The notes: generated from the sequence alone by a model not told the origin. A DNA stretch of 63,241 nt, filler included, from Asterionella formosa (GCA_002256025.1; 27 parts of 27 records of this genome joined end to end with filler, not necessarily neighbours in it), one strand, 5' to 3'; positions 11,750 to 24,809 are shown, counted from the first letter of the whole stretch. Made by a program: numbers and translations.

Positions 11750-12139
11750 ATGTCCTCAAAGTTAGTTAAACGGATGCTTCAACAGCAAATGATGGATCCA
11801 CCGTCGACCAAGAAATCAAAGAAGCACCAAGGACAAGTACCCACCGTGGTCGTTGATGCTGACAGGAAGCGGACACTTTTCCTTGAAATGACCATGTTGG
11901 GTTTGGACCGGACCATGAAGCTTTCAACGACACAGAACAATACGGCATCAATGAAGCCACGGACGAAGCTTCCAATAATAGGCAACTCAAGAGCCAGTTC
12001 GTCTGGCATGATGCAAAGCCGCCAACCTACCTTTCGAAAAAAGCAGCATGCGCTGGAAAACAAGAAACGAATGATAGCAGAGATCGCCAAGAAATTAAAA
12101 CAGCAAGGAAAGAAGCCACTAAAGAAGGTGAAGAAATGA
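11750..12139 (+). CDS. Small Lys-rich basic protein (129 aa), probably nucleolar/RNA-binding; N-terminus reminiscent of AROS/RPS19BP1-type proteins
   Basis: ATG in AAAATG context; MSSKLVKRMLQQ start; very basic C-terminus; family assignment weak. Confidence 0.6.
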   Translation: MSSKLVKRMLQQQMMDPPSTKKSKKHQGQVPTVVVDADRKRTLFLEMTMLGLDRTMKLSTTQNNTASMKPRTKLPIIGNSRASSSGMMQSRQPTFRKKQHALENKKRMIAEIAKKLKQQGKKPLKKVKK

Positions 12140-12944
12140 AATGAAATGAGAATGCGACACTGAAGCAATATTTCCTGTTGTGTGTCGATAACGGGGTGTT
12201 TCGTAAAATTTGGAATTTCTCGCACATTAAAGCAGCAACAGCAACATAGTGGAAGCACCCCTTGCGACTAAATAGCGGCGCTTTTTTACAGGCAAAGACA
12301 ATTTTTTCACATTTTAAGAACTCTTACTTGCAACCTATGCTCCCAAGACAGGCTGAGTCACAACCTATCGACGGCGACAGTTTCCATTGAATAGTAAATG
12401 AATAATCTTGGTTGCACTCGTAAAAGGCATTTGTTCACATCATCATCCTCGATATAATCATTAGCGATATACATTAGTTCATGCTCCAGGTAGATTGACA
12501 CGGCTCATCGTATAGTACCAACAAACCTCCTTTAAAACTCCAGTCTAGTGTTGAAAGGGACCAATCCCTAGCCAACTTCAGATTATGGATCAATATTGCA
12601 TGGGAAACGAATGCATCATATCATGTTTTTGAATTCAACTTGACGACATTGGATGGCTTGGACTCATTCATTGCCAAAATCACGACCACTGTAGTTTTGT
12701 TTTAAGGAGCAAGAATGCTAGAATCTCATCAGAATCTCATGTATGCCAAGTCACCATTCAATCGACTCGTAAAATCAAGCAAGCAATGGATAAGAACAAT
12801 GATTTTTCTTGGCTCATGTTAAAATCACTGTAAGATGCACGTCTGGAGCATTAGTTGCTCACGAGGTCCTACGCAGTCGGGTGGTTCAAATTCAAAACTA
12901 TGGATTTCTATAAGCTTGGGGTAAAAATTAGTAGATAAAGGAGC

Positions 12945-13532
12945 TTAGTTAGGAATGAGGGAGACTCCGAGCTTCTCGTGAACCATGAGTGCAAGGATTC
13001 CCATTTGCGCAGCACGGCCTTGGTTGAGCTCAATGGCACGCTTGGATAGTTGGGTCTCCTCATCGAATGTGTCCCAGCCAAAGTCAATGGCGTCATTACG
13101 GAAATCACCAACGAATTCTCCTCCAGTAATGTCCTTCATGACGGCAAGCTCGAGGAAGCCGATGAAGGCAACAATTTGGGCGATTCCGGCGCTGGAGATC
13201 GCATCCAATGCTCCAAAGCCGTTAGGGATGGAGGCAAAGGTAGTGCCGGAGTAGTCAATGTTACCTGGGAGACGGATGCCGTTCTCGGCAACGAGGTATC
13301 CGACGACGGCAAGCATGGAGATACGTCCGTGCTTGATCTCGACGTATCGTAGACGGTCGAACTTGGCTTGGTCACCATCAGCAACGAGGCCAAGAGGATC
13401 CCAGAATCCAAGAGGAGCCTGGGCACCGAGCTCACCCTCGAAGGTGATGGGCTTGACAACCTTGGCACCCTTCTTGGGGGCGGCCAAGGCAGCGACGGAG
13501 GCGAGGAGGGAAGCGATGATTACGGACTTCAT
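12945..13532 (-). CDS. Lhcf: Fucoxanthin-chlorophyll a/c binding protein (Lhcf/FCP), plastid-targeted
   Basis: GAQAPLGFWDPLGL, FDRLRYVEIKHGRISMLA, KRAIELNQGRAAQMG motifs; signal peptide; strong C-ending codon bias. Confidence 0.97.
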   Translation of the reverse strand: MKSVIIASLLASVAALAAPKKGAKVVKPITFEGELGAQAPLGFWDPLGLVADGDQAKFDRLRYVEIKHGRISMLAVVGYLVAENGIRLPGNIDYSGTTFASIPNGFGALDAISSAGIAQIVAFIGFLELAVMKDITGGEFVGDFRNDAIDFGWDTFDEETQLSKRAIELNQGRAAQMGILALMVHEKLGVSLIPN

Positions 13533-15349
13533 TGTTTTGTGTTGGGTGAACTTGGTGATAAAGATATGAGACAGCTTCTGGCATTTGGCGGAATCTCCTT
13601 CTTTCGTCTACTACCGGAACATAGCGGTAGTAAGAGTCATACATCGTTACATACACACCATACAGGTAAAAGATTCGATGTGGAAAAGATCCTTCTGTGG
13701 ACAAGAATGCAGTAACAGCAGTATCTCCTCAACGTGATTTCCACCATGCGCATCTTGGGTACCATGCTCTCGTAGACAAAGGGAAGAAAACCAGCTGATC
13801 AAACCTGGTTGTTACGAAAACGACGTAACGGTATCCCATCGACTGAAATCTAGATTACCGCCAAGCTCAACATGATTACCGGCACTCTACGTACCGTTTA
13901 CTACATATGGTTCTATTATGGACAAGGCAGAGCGAAGGGAGCGAATCTTAAATAACGACCTGTTGGTACCAGGCACAGTACAGTATGCACCAGGAACCGT
14001 CTGGATGTTTTCTCCGTATGAAGGGTGCACCGGAGAACCGGTACACTGCCAGTGTTGTTATTACCGATACTTGTCCCGGGTTCACTCTATTCATATTACA
14101 GGGTTGAATGGCTGGCTGGCTGGCTGCGTCAAGCCAATTGACAAAAGAGATTTTTTCTTGTTACTTGGTCGGTCACTGGCAGTATGCAAGTCCTTATATC
14201 ATCCGAGGGACGACGACGAAAGACTTGTTGTGACTCAAAATACCGGTACTTACTAAGTTTAATCATGCATTGTTAAATGATGTACCAGCAGTCACGCAAA
14301 AGCATTCTTCTCCTTGTGAAGGGCAAGATTGTATGTACTGCTCGTGTGTAGTTGAAAACTTTGAGGTGAACATGTGTCCTCCTCAATTTTGCCGGGGGTC
14401 CATCCAGGAAACGTTACGCATGCATGGGGGAGAGGCGTAGGAGAGTGGCGGCGACGAATGAAGTGGTACAAAATTATGTATCGGAAGCAAAGGTTGGAAG
14501 GGTGGTCCATTAGGTTGTTTCGTAGAGCCGTGAGGCCGGTATTTATATGAAGATCTGATTTGTATGGTGATAGGAACCAATTCTTGGTGTTCATCAGACA
14601 ATGTCAAGTCCAATTTTTAGAGCCAGCGCCACACTAGATATTGTTCATGTTTGCTTCTGTTGATTTGTGCTTTTTTTATCTCGCGGCCAAAGACCAAATG
14701 TTGAGAATGGAAGGATAATTGTCGTGCCAAAAGATGAACAAAATACAAAACACTCTCGTTTCGACTGTTGGTATAAATGATTGCTGCGCTATGCCTTGGA
14801 AATGAACCCCGACTGCGTGACGAATGATTCTCGACTGACAGTATGGAAGAATTTTTAGCTTGTGCTACCAAGATGTTTGAGTTGGGGCAATTATTGAGCA
14901 TTACTTTGAAAAATCGAGTAAATTACGTGGTTTAAAAAACGAACGACCAGCAGCTGCAGCCAAGGCGTGCAAAAGCACCGACTTTCTCAGAGAGTACTTA
15001 AAGGGGCTTGAATCGCAATTGTATGATCTTGTCCAAGGATATGATTACGATTTAATTCCAAAAAACGAATAAGAGGACAAGGCAAAGGTTCTTTTTCTAT
15101 GCGGTATTGCAAATCTCATTACTATCGATCTGGGTTTAAAGTGCAATTCTTACAGCTCCTTTTGTCATTCAGGGATTAGATTTACGTGTTGCTACATATT
15201 TAGAGACAGGTTAAGACAAAGCCACAACAGGACAAATTTTAGTTTGGTTGGAGGAATTCAAGAAGTTTCTCGATGCGAGAGGAATGGAAATACCCGAAGA
15301 CCGTTTAGAAGGAGACCGGAGAGCTGTCTTGATCGTTTACGTTGCTCCC

Positions 15350-16522
15350 CTAGCCTTTTTTGGATTTGCGGAAGTACCTTCTTCCTTTGCCCTTTTTCGC
15401 TTTAGATGATTTCTTTTTGCCTTTACTCTTGCCAGATTTGACAGGAATGTAATCATTATAATACGGTAACTCACCAGATTTGGATTCAGGAGAATAATTA
15501 TCATAATACGGCTCCATTCCTGATTTGGGTTTCGGAACGTAATCATCATAATTTGATCCCGAACCAGATCCTTTGTAGGAAACTGGTGCAGGAACAGGAT
15601 CGTGGTAGGAAACTGGTGCAGGAACAGGATCGTGGTAGGAAACTGGTGCAGAAACAGGATCGTGGTAGGAAACTGGTGCAGCAACAGGATCGTAGTAAGA
15701 AACTGGTGCAAGAGCTGGAGCAATGATTGTCGGATGTAGAGGACTAGGTATTGGTATGAAGATAATTGGTGCTACAGTTACCGGAGCCCTAGCGTCTGGA
15801 GATAGAGTAGCGACTTGAGGACTGTCTGCTGGAGGGATCAAGACGTAGGGTGCAGTAGTTACCGGAGCCGTGGTATCTGGAGGAAGTGGGAGAATTAAAG
15901 GGATTTCTGTAGGAGGGATCGAGACAATTGGTGCAGTAGTTACTGGAGCCACAGAATCTGGAGGTGGTGTTAGGATTAAAGGAATGCGTGTAGGAGGGAT
16001 CAAGACAATTGGTGCAGTAGTAACCGGCGCGGTGGTGCCAAGAGATAAAATATCGGGTAGAGGAATGCCTTGTGGAGGGAGCAAGAATGTTGGTGACAAG
16101 GATGGTACAGGTGGTGCCGTACCTCCAGATTCAGTGTTGCGAACTGGTGCATTAGTGACTGGGGTGGGAGCTGCAGTTGCAGGGTCAGGCACCGAAGGGT
16201 AGGGGGCCACCGTACCAGGCATACAACCACATTCCGCGGTAAATTGTACTAAAAGCGAACAAGCTGAAGGGTCAATATAGCCAAGTAAGCCCGCAGCTTG
16301 TAGAATCGAACACGATGTTTCAAATTTTTCAGGAGCAGCAACAACGCCGTTTGGAATGGTAATGACCATTCCTTCACCGCAAGCTTGACATACAGGATAG
16401 CCAGGGTTGGGAGGAGCCGTTATCAATGAACGATGGCTCGATCTGCCAGCACCATCAGGAGATGCTATCGCTGACTTGCAGATAGCGGCAAGGAGAAAAG
16501 GAGTTGCAAAACTCTTCTTCAT
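15350..16522 (-). CDS. Secreted Cys-domain plus Pro/Thr-rich repeat protein with Tyr-rich and Lys-rich tail (cell-wall/biosilica/adhesive candidate)
   Basis: Signal peptide, RSL motif, CxxC...C...C...CGC domain, 27-aa APVTTAP repeats, 10-aa APVSYHDPV(P/S/A) repeats, KSGKSKGKKKSSKAKKGKG tail. Confidence 0.85.
   Translation of the reverse strand: MKKSFATPFLLAAICKSAIASPDGAGRSSHRSLITAPPNPGYPVCQACGEGMVITIPNGVVAAPEKFETSCSILQAAGLLGYIDPSACSLLVQFTAECGCMPGTVAPYPSVPDPATAAPTPVTNAPVRNTESGGTAPPVPSLSPTFLLPPQGIPLPDILSLGTTAPVTTAPIVLIPPTRIPLILTPPPDSVAPVTTAPIVSIPPTEIPLILPLPPDTTAPVTTAPYVLIPPADSPQVATLSPDARAPVTVAPIIFIPIPSPLHPTIIAPALAPVSYYDPVAAPVSYHDPVSAPVSYHDPVPAPVSYHDPVPAPVSYKGSGSGSNYDDYVPKPKSGMEPYYDNYSPESKSGELPYYNDYIPVKSGKSKGKKKSSKAKKGKGRRYFRKSKKG
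15575..15710 (-). repeat. Coding 30-bp tandem repeat, about 4.5 copies
   Basis: GTAGGAAACTGGTGCAGGAACAGGATCGTG units. Confidence 0.9.
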
Positions 16523-17050
16523 GCTGTCAATGCGCTTTTTTAAAAAGTGATCCGATGAATGGAATTTAGCTTTTCTACCTACATACCGGGTATTGGTATT
16601 TGAATATACCCGGTATACCAGTAGTCAAATGATCTGCACACTTCGCTCACCTAATTTATTGTTGGCTGACACGACTAACATTCAAATTCTCGTCAGAAGA
16701 CATAATAATAACCGCTTATTGCCTGTATTTCAACCCCACTGTAAAACTGTACAGTGATGTCATACCAGAAGCAAGGTCCGGTAAATGTTGATTATCTCTA
16801 CATACCATGAATGTACGTGAAAATTATGTCATAGATCCGTTATTGGAGTACCTCATTCGTACATACTCGTAATATATAAGAGGTCAGTCGGCCATGGCTG
16901 CACGATGGTAACTGAGTACCAGGTGTTAATATCTGCATATGATGCTCCATACATGCGCCGTACGAACCATACCGGCGCAGCCACCAGATTAGGTACATGC
17001 GTGAGTGCTAACAACGATGTACTTGGAACAGCAATAGAATAGTCATAATA

Positions 17051-17150
17051 NNNNNNNNNNNNNNNNNNNNNNNNNNNNNNNNNNNNNNNNNNNNTTAATT
17101 AATTAANNNNNNNNNNNNNNNNNNNNNNNNNNNNNNNNNNNNNNNNNNNN
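17051..17150. other. Artificial contig spacer N44-TTAATTAATTAA-N44 (first of about 26)
   Basis: Identical 100-nt spacer with stops in all six frames; intervening small contigs are all ~1.06 kb, implying size- or name-sorted concatenation. Confidence 0.97.
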
Positions 17151-17616
17151 AAGTATCATGCATATAGGATCAAGGGTATCATATGCTAAGTGGCACAGGA
17201 TTTTCGTATATATGATAATTTTTGGATCAAAAATATGATCAAGGTATCTTGTATCTATGATGATTTATTAATATTTTGCCGACCTTGAAGTATAATGATA
17301 ATAAGAACATTATCATCACACAATGTATATAAACTGATCAACAACATTTCCCATCAATATCATAAACCTTCTCATATTATTTTCACTTCTCGTGATCGCC
17401 CGATGTAAATTATAACTACTACGTATCCTAAAACCAGCTCAACTCTATGCTATCATGTGAATTTTTTAATTGTAAATCTATCTTAAACATGATCATAATT
17501 CTAATCACAAGCATTTTTCTAAAAAGATTGAAATGGATCATAATTTAACTATCAAATTTAGCAATGCTATCTATTATTCTACATGCCAGCAACCCAACGT
17601 TTTTCTCTCTACTCGG

Positions 17617-18213
17617 CTCAATGTATGTTGTTCCTGTCTCACCCTATTCTTCCTCTGTTCTGAATCGTGTGCGAGGCAGCAGTGCCTCACTGATGCTGCG
17701 TCTCTTTCCCTGTTGTAAGTGTCATTCTGAACTTGCCGACTATTCCGTTGTTTGATTGTTTTTATTGTCCTATGCATGCAGTTACAGTAACAATGAGAAG
17801 GAATGATTTGTTAGCTAGTCATGTTACATTGACACAAGAACGCGCAATTCCATCGTATCCTCTTGCTTCACTTACCACAAATCAATGCAACTGATGCATA
17901 AGTCTGTAATAGAAACTTGTCAGTAAATTCTTGAATAAGTAAGTTTCGGGTATCCAATGTTGTGGAATAAAACTTACCGGTTCATTTTTGTCAGCTTAAC
18001 TTTGAGAGAATATAAACGTTTTGTTAGTTTTGTTCCAACAGAAGTGAATAGGTCCAACGAGCGACAAGAGCACTTACGCAATTTGGTTTGGTTTTGTTTT
18101 ACATTGGTGCTCCCCAACAAGCGAAACGAGCTGTTGAATCAACTGAGAAAAAAGGAAATGTGCGTTTAGTTAACAATTTGTTGTTGTGCTGCCTGCCTCC
18201 CAACGATTGTCAT
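17617..18213 (+). repeat. Unclassified dispersed repeat, copy A
   Basis: High identity to 53270-53660 (reverse strand) and to 50578-50735. Confidence 0.85.
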
Positions 18214-18314
18214 NNNNNNNNNNNNNNNNNNNNNNNNNNNNNNNNNNNNNNNNNNNNTTAATTAATTAANNNNNNNNNNNNNNNNNNNNNNNNNNNNNNN
18301 NNNNNNNNNNNNNC

Positions 18315-19139
18315 ATTGGGGTCATTGTCAACATCATTCTGGCCTTTGTCTTGGGGGAACATCACGTACACTTACCCGGAAGCAATCATAGTGACCACGA
18401 CCATGACCACGACCATGAACACCATCACAAACACGACGAGAAAAACGATGATGATCATGAAGAGAACTATCATGACAGTCACGAGCATGACAGTCATGCA
18501 CACGACCACCATGAAGAAACCGCGGCACTTTCCGGGGCACACGATCACGACAACGTCGGCTATGGATCCGTGCATCCACTCCACGCGGACGAAGTTTTAC
18601 CTGCTAAGAAGCCTCGCAACATAAATCTAGAAGCGGCCTATCTCCACGTATTGGGAGATCTTGCCCAAAGCACTGCAGTCTTGGTTGCCGGCGCCATCAT
18701 TTGGTTCAAACCTGAATGGCACATGGTGGATCCTATTTGCACCCTTCTTTTTTGTGCCATGGTTTTCTATTCCACACTCGCAGTCCTGAGAACCTCTATT
18801 AGTGTTTTGTTGGAAGAAGTGCCTCCAAATATCAATTGGGAGGACATTTACGCGACGATTTCAGCAATTGATGGAGTGGAAAATGTCCATGATTTACACA
18901 TTTGGTCCATCTCACATGGTATTCCAAGTCTGAGTGTCCACTGCATGTCTACAGATACAGACAAGGCGCTGAAGAATGTTTGTTTGGCGCTCAAACAAAA
19001 AGGTATCAATCACACAACGATTCAAGTACAGCAGCTGCCTGCTGTGTCGTGTGTAACCTGCGACTCGGTGGATGCATGTGGGACTACGCGCATTTCACAG
19101 CTTTTGGACGCTTCAAAGCTACAAGGGATTATTGTGTAA
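18315..19139 (+). CDS. Cation diffusion facilitator (ZnT/SLC30-type zinc transporter), 5'-truncated by contig edge
   Basis: His-rich loop, NINLEAAYLHVLGDL, VDPICTL, LLEEVP, VHDLHIWSI, HTTIQV motifs. Confidence 0.92.
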   Translation: MGVIVNIILAFVLGEHHVHLPGSNHSDHDHDHDHEHHHKHDEKNDDDHEENYHDSHEHDSHAHDHHEETAALSGAHDHDNVGYGSVHPLHADEVLPAKKPRNINLEAAYLHVLGDLAQSTAVLVAGAIIWFKPEWHMVDPICTLLFCAMVFYSTLAVLRTSISVLLEEVPPNINWEDIYATISAIDGVENVHDLHIWSISHGIPSLSVHCMSTDTDKALKNVCLALKQKGINHTTIQVQQLPAVSCVTCDSVDACGTTRISQLLDASKLQGIIV

Positions 19140-21802
19140 TATGGTGGCCTGGAAGGCTATTTACTATCTCGCTGTTGATTGGATAAGCTGTGCGCACCAT
19201 TTGTTTTAAAGGCACATTCTTCCATTATCAAAATAATTGACTTTTCTCGACTCGAGTTCTAGGGGCTAAGAATCAAGATAAAACAGGATAGAACTGCACT
19301 AATTTAGTGTTGCAAATGAAATGTAAATACTTTTCGCTTCTACAGAACTAACAATAGTAAGTGCTATACCTTGGGANNNNNNNNNNNNNNNNNNNNNNNN
19401 NNNNNNNNNNNNNNNNNNNNTTAATTAATTAANNNNNNNNNNNNNNNNNNNNNNNNNNNNNNNNNNNNNNNNNNNNTTGACAATTATTATCAATGACCAC
19501 ATTCAACGTTTCGCTGCTGCACTCACTGATCCGCTCTAACAAGTGTAACATGCAGCAGACAATGGGCTCAAAAGAAAGTCGAAAATCCTGTGGTTGCAAG
19601 CCCAAATTGAGCAACGGCAGGCAGGATAAAGTGTTTTATTATAATTGTGAGGACAAAATCGGGCATATGTAAAGAAATCAATGAATATGTGAAGCAAGTA
19701 ATTTAACATACTAGTCTCATGAAGATAATACCAAGTCTACAGCATGCATATTATAATGCAAGATGCATTGAAGCGTTAAAGTTTAGCTTAAACCATGCAT
19801 GGTTGTTTTGAGAACCAAGTATGTATGTAGGCTAAATGACTAGAATATCAATTCAAGCATCACATACATGACTGGAGCAAAAAATTGCCACCAACATGCA
19901 TCAGATGCATTGATATCACTGTTTGTCTGACGAAATATGGATGATGCAACTACATGAATCCCTCGAGAAGACAAGGAATCCAACAACCAACCGCATCTGT
20001 TAGACAACAAATCGCTGCTGGCATCATGGCTAAACTGATTTCGCTTCAAACCGGTCATGATGGATGATGATTGGCATGGTGAAAGGTGAATTTTTAGAGT
20101 CCACTTTTCAGGCGATGAACAAAAAGGAGGTGAATGCTAGATATAATTTATGAAAATCTGTATAGTATATGAAATGGTTCCCTTAAGTAGGTAGACCCCT
20201 TGCCAATTTCGGTAATCCCAGGGCTGGAAAACCGAGGGGCAACTGGCATCTGTTGTCTTGCCAAAATGTGAACATAGGAAATATCCAAAATAAATTTTAA
20301 TGATGGGCAATATCAGACCTTTGGCAAGATTTTATCTGGAGATAGGAAATATGCAAAATTTATTTTACATGATGGGCTCGCTAGATAAAAATGCCATGTA
20401 CGCTCAAAGAGTGGGCAGTAGCTAAGCGAAAGGGATGATGATAGCTACCGGTAGTCTGTGAATTGCTGAAGGCAATACACGCCCAAGGTGGTCTCATGCC
20501 TGCGAGTGTACATGTGTTTGAGGCTGGGTGGCGCGAGTANNNNNNNNNNNNNNNNNNNNNNNNNNNNNNNNNNNNNNNNNNNNTTAATTAATTAANNNNN
20601 NNNNNNNNNNNNNNNNNNNNNNNNNNNNNNNNNNNNNNNCTACTTTTGTGAAGAGTCAGCATATGAAATGTGTAGAGTTATTATGCCAAAGAAAACTGCA
20701 TTTTGCTTGAGTTTGCCGAAAACTCATGGACAACTAAAATTGTGGAAAGATTTGTACGCACGTACCCCACAAGAAATATGCAATTACGCCTCTATATTTT
20801 AAGGAGTCAAAGGTATCAAAAAATCATCTTCAGATTTTAAAGGTCTTGCATATTGGGACAGCACCTTGAAACAATTACCTCTATGATCCATTATATAATT
20901 CATGAACTTCATCCAACTGATGTAAAGATTATATTTGATCTGGATGAGAACCCAGAAAAGGGTAATGACAAACCGCATATATACCAGGGTGATTTTCATC
21001 CACTTCATCATGACAGTAACCATGTGCTAATTTTTTATTGCTAAAGATCAGATGAGGAGGAAAACAATTATTTTGCGCATTATCTTTTTGCTATAAATGA
21101 TGGATTATGTCAAGTCCGTGATCCAGGAGAAGATGCAAGTTTGGATGAGCGAACGTTATGATCAAGTATTTCACCTTGCCCGTAAGTACTGCATCATCCC
21201 TGGATGCTGCAGACAATTAAAATTGTTTCGCACCGATACAGGATATCTTCCACAAGAATACCATACACCTGAAGAAATTGGTTTATCGGAATCTTTCTAT
21301 ACTGGCAATTCCCGCTCCAGCTATCGTCTTGCCATTCGGGTACTTCTAAGTTATTTTTAGGCTCTAGGTAATTTCTTAAGTAGTTTTTATTGAGGGGCAA
21401 TATGGGGCACATCGAATTTTTCGGCAATAAAATTGCCGATTTTAGCATGACAACCAAAATAACGGTAATATGCATAGAGATGGTACAACAAGCGTAAAAC
21501 ACACGAGAATGATTGTAACATGCAACATCAATGAAAATTGAACATGATGTTTGGAGCAACCAAAGTATGAAATGCGATGTAATAAGTAGCATCAAATGAG
21601 AAATAGAAAAAATTGTTTTGGGTTAGAAATGAAATAAAAAATAAGAGTTCCAATGGAGACGTATGCATTGTGAATCATTGTAGTACTTACACAGGCAACA
21701 TTNNNNNNNNNNNNNNNNNNNNNNNNNNNNNNNNNNNNNNNNNNNNTTAATTAATTAANNNNNNNNNNNNNNNNNNNNNNNNNNNNNNNNNNNNNNNNNN
21801 NN

Positions 21803-22869
21803 GTGACAATTCAAGAAACCGTTGATTCAATTTCTGCTTCTTGTTTTGTTCCTGGATTCCATGCCGGTGTTTGATTTCCAGCATATGCTCAAAAAGCGGT
21901 GGTCCTAGACAAGTGTTTCCAACAGCAAAGTGCAGTCCTGTGGTCATTCATTTGTTTGTGTCGATTGCTGCTTGTGCTGTTTGCTTTCTTTGCCTTGCAT
22001 GTTCTGCTGCATCATTACCATTTCGCACATCTTCTCTGTTTATGTATTCAACAATTTGATTTGTAAGAGTTCCTGAAAGTCCTTCTTGCAGGTTGAGCTG
22101 GTCAGGTGTAATAGAGGTTCTGTTGCTGTGTGAGATTCAATTCAATGGGAAAACACCAAATTTCGTCAGCTGTATTTCAGGATTCAACAAGCAATTATAG
22201 TTCAAAGGTCCCCAGCCTCGCTCTGCTACCGCTTTTTTGTTTGTGCATAATCTCGCAAATCTTTTTTCCCAAGAAGTGAATTTGCAAGTTGCAGTCGCTC
22301 CCTCTCGGCATGTGATGGGCGGACGCATTTTACCCAACTGATCAATGAGCTCCACAATGTAAGGTTCCACTTCAAGCATAGGTGAGATGCGAGCTGTATT
22401 TGTTCCTTGATTGTTTTTTCTTTTTGCACGTGTTCTAACTGTTTCGAAATTAATATTGACAGCAGGAGGAATACCAAGCGCCTCCTTTTCTCTCAATATT
22501 ATACAGGCAAGTGTATTTCTCTTCACTCGTGATTCTCCTCCTCCTTTTTCTTTTCCCTCTTCTCTCACCCTCATGTATTCTGCTGCCGAATTGGAAATAC
22601 ATTCTTTCACTTTTTCTGCCATGATGGAGCTGGCTACTGCGGTTGTTCCCTTTGGACGACCAGCCACCATAGGGCAGGGTTCTAGTGGCAGAAATGGTGC
22701 TGCTGCTTTCAGTTGATGCAGTAGTAGTGCTGGCAGGAGGCAAACTAGAACTTGTAGACATAATCATAGTATTAATGGAAGAATGATAATGAATTTTTCT
22801 GCTATAGCTGTAATTTTCTACACCTTCCATTGTCAGCATAGATATTTCGCTTTCTTGTGATTCTTCATG
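21803..22869 (-). mobile_element. Degraded pogo/Tc1-mariner-like transposase remnant with internal deletion
   Basis: GRPKGTT, ISPMLEVEPYIVELIDQLGKMR and AERGWGPLNYNCLL segments, homologous to 22970-24032. Confidence 0.7.
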
Positions 22870-22969
22870 NNNNNNNNNNNNNNNNNNNNNNNNNNNNNNN
22901 NNNNNNNNNNNNNTTAATTAATTAANNNNNNNNNNNNNNNNNNNNNNNNNNNNNNNNNNNNNNNNNNNN

Positions 22970-24032
22970 TTGTCGAGGAGGAAGAAGATGACAACAATGA
23001 AGGTGTGAGTGAGCATTATGATAGTCAGTTTACAATGGGCACTTTGGCATATGAAACTGGAAACAATGGTGTGCTTACCTGGGGAAGTTTGGAGGCAAAT
23101 AAAAACACAACGAAAACAAACAAGGAGGACATGAGTAGTACAACTATACAACTGTTGGTGGACGGCCCAAAGGTGCCACCATTGCTGCCACCATTAGCAA
23201 CAAACCCCAGATGCAAAAAGCATTGAGTGAAGCAACAGATGAGTACATGAATAAAATGCTAGACAGCAAAAATAACAACAAACGTACCTCCAAAGGAACA
23301 ATTTCTTTGATCATTGATGCTGCCAAGGAAAGGAATGGAATACCTGCTAATGTGAAGGTTAGTTTTGAAACAGTCAGAAGCAGAGCAGCAATCAAAATAA
23401 AGAAGAGCGGTGAGGTTCAGAATGGTCAGCATCATATTAGCAAACATGGACATCAATCACCAATGAACGAGATTGAACCTTACCTTGTTGGACTCATTCA
23501 ACAACTTGCAAAAATGAGGTTCCCAATCTCTGTTTCTGAAGGATTGATGCTTGCCAACTCTTTGATTGCTGGTACTGAAACTATGGCAAAGGTGAACAAT
23601 TGGAGAGAAACAAGTTGCATTCCATTCCAAATCAACAAAAGGCCTGAACTTGGGAAATCCTATTGGAAAGGATTTATGAAAAGAAATGCACAGTTAGTTA
23701 CAGCAAAGAAGGGAGTAAAGTTTGAGAGCAAACGTGCAGATTGGTGTACGTACCAGTCCTTCTTGTCAATGTATAAAGACGTCTATAAAAAAATGGTGGC
23801 TGGAGGAGTTGCAAGACGAAACCCAAGCAAGCTAATCAGACCTGACCGTCTCCTCTTAGTGGACGAAGTTGGTTCCAATACATCCCAAACAAAAGATGGC
23901 AACGATGGTGGCGAAAAATTTCTTTGCATTGCAGGTGGCCGTCCTCAAATCCGGGCCTCGACCAAAGATGCACACTTTACTGTCCTAGGATTCACTGCAG
24001 CCAATGGTCAACCAATCATGTGCGCAATTATT
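22970..24032 (+). mobile_element. pogo-like DDE transposase fragment
   Basis: CENP-B-like HTH region (SPMNEIEPYLV...YWKGFMKRN), first catalytic Asp LLVDEVG, HFTVLGFTAANGQPIMCAII; truncated by gap. Confidence 0.8.
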
Positions 24033-24809
24033 NNNNNNNNNNNNNNNNNNNNNNNNNNNNNNNNNNNNNNNNNNNNTTAATTAATTAANNNNNNNNNNNN
24101 NNNNNNNNNNNNNNNNNNNNNNNNNNNNNNNNCATTTTGACGGGATCAAGGAAAGTGTGAGAAGTCTTGTTCGGGATTACATGAGTAATCAGGCAAGAAC
24201 AAGACTAGATAGACTATTAACAGAAAGCTCACAATATTACAAAGTGTAAAGTGAAAATACGTTTTCAGCTTAGAGATCTTAAAAGTAAGATCTGTGATAT
24301 TTCAACTAGACAATTTAACACCGGTATACTAGCTGCAAGATGCGTTAATTTTGCTATACCTTGTTCCATGTATGACTTCGGACACTCACATAAACATGTC
24401 CCGATAAATTGCAAGGATCTGCCTCCATGCAACGAACGAACGAGTCCTTTCACTCTGATACGAGCGAGAGACGAATGTATGTTGCAAAGGCAATCGAACC
24501 GTAATGAAATACCTGTATGTGTAACATTAAACAAAGTGGCGACGACAACAGAATTCGCCTTTTGAAACAATTTTTTATGATTTTGTTCTTTCCAAGCCAT
24601 CGCTGATACGAAGAGACCTTCCTCTCAGTTGGAACAAAATCCTGATCGTCTCGATACCTGCACAAAGCACAGGATCTCTTTGTTGTTTGCATTCAGGGTG
24701 GACTGTATTTGTCAAATAAGCTACTTGTAGGCAAAATCCATTCCGACTCTCGAAGTAAATTCTGGAGTAACTAGTACTATTTATTTTAGAAATCATATGG
24801 TAATCCAGC

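Noticed and set aside
20640..21360. Fragmented protein-like frames
   Set aside because: Stops and frameshifts with no identifiable family
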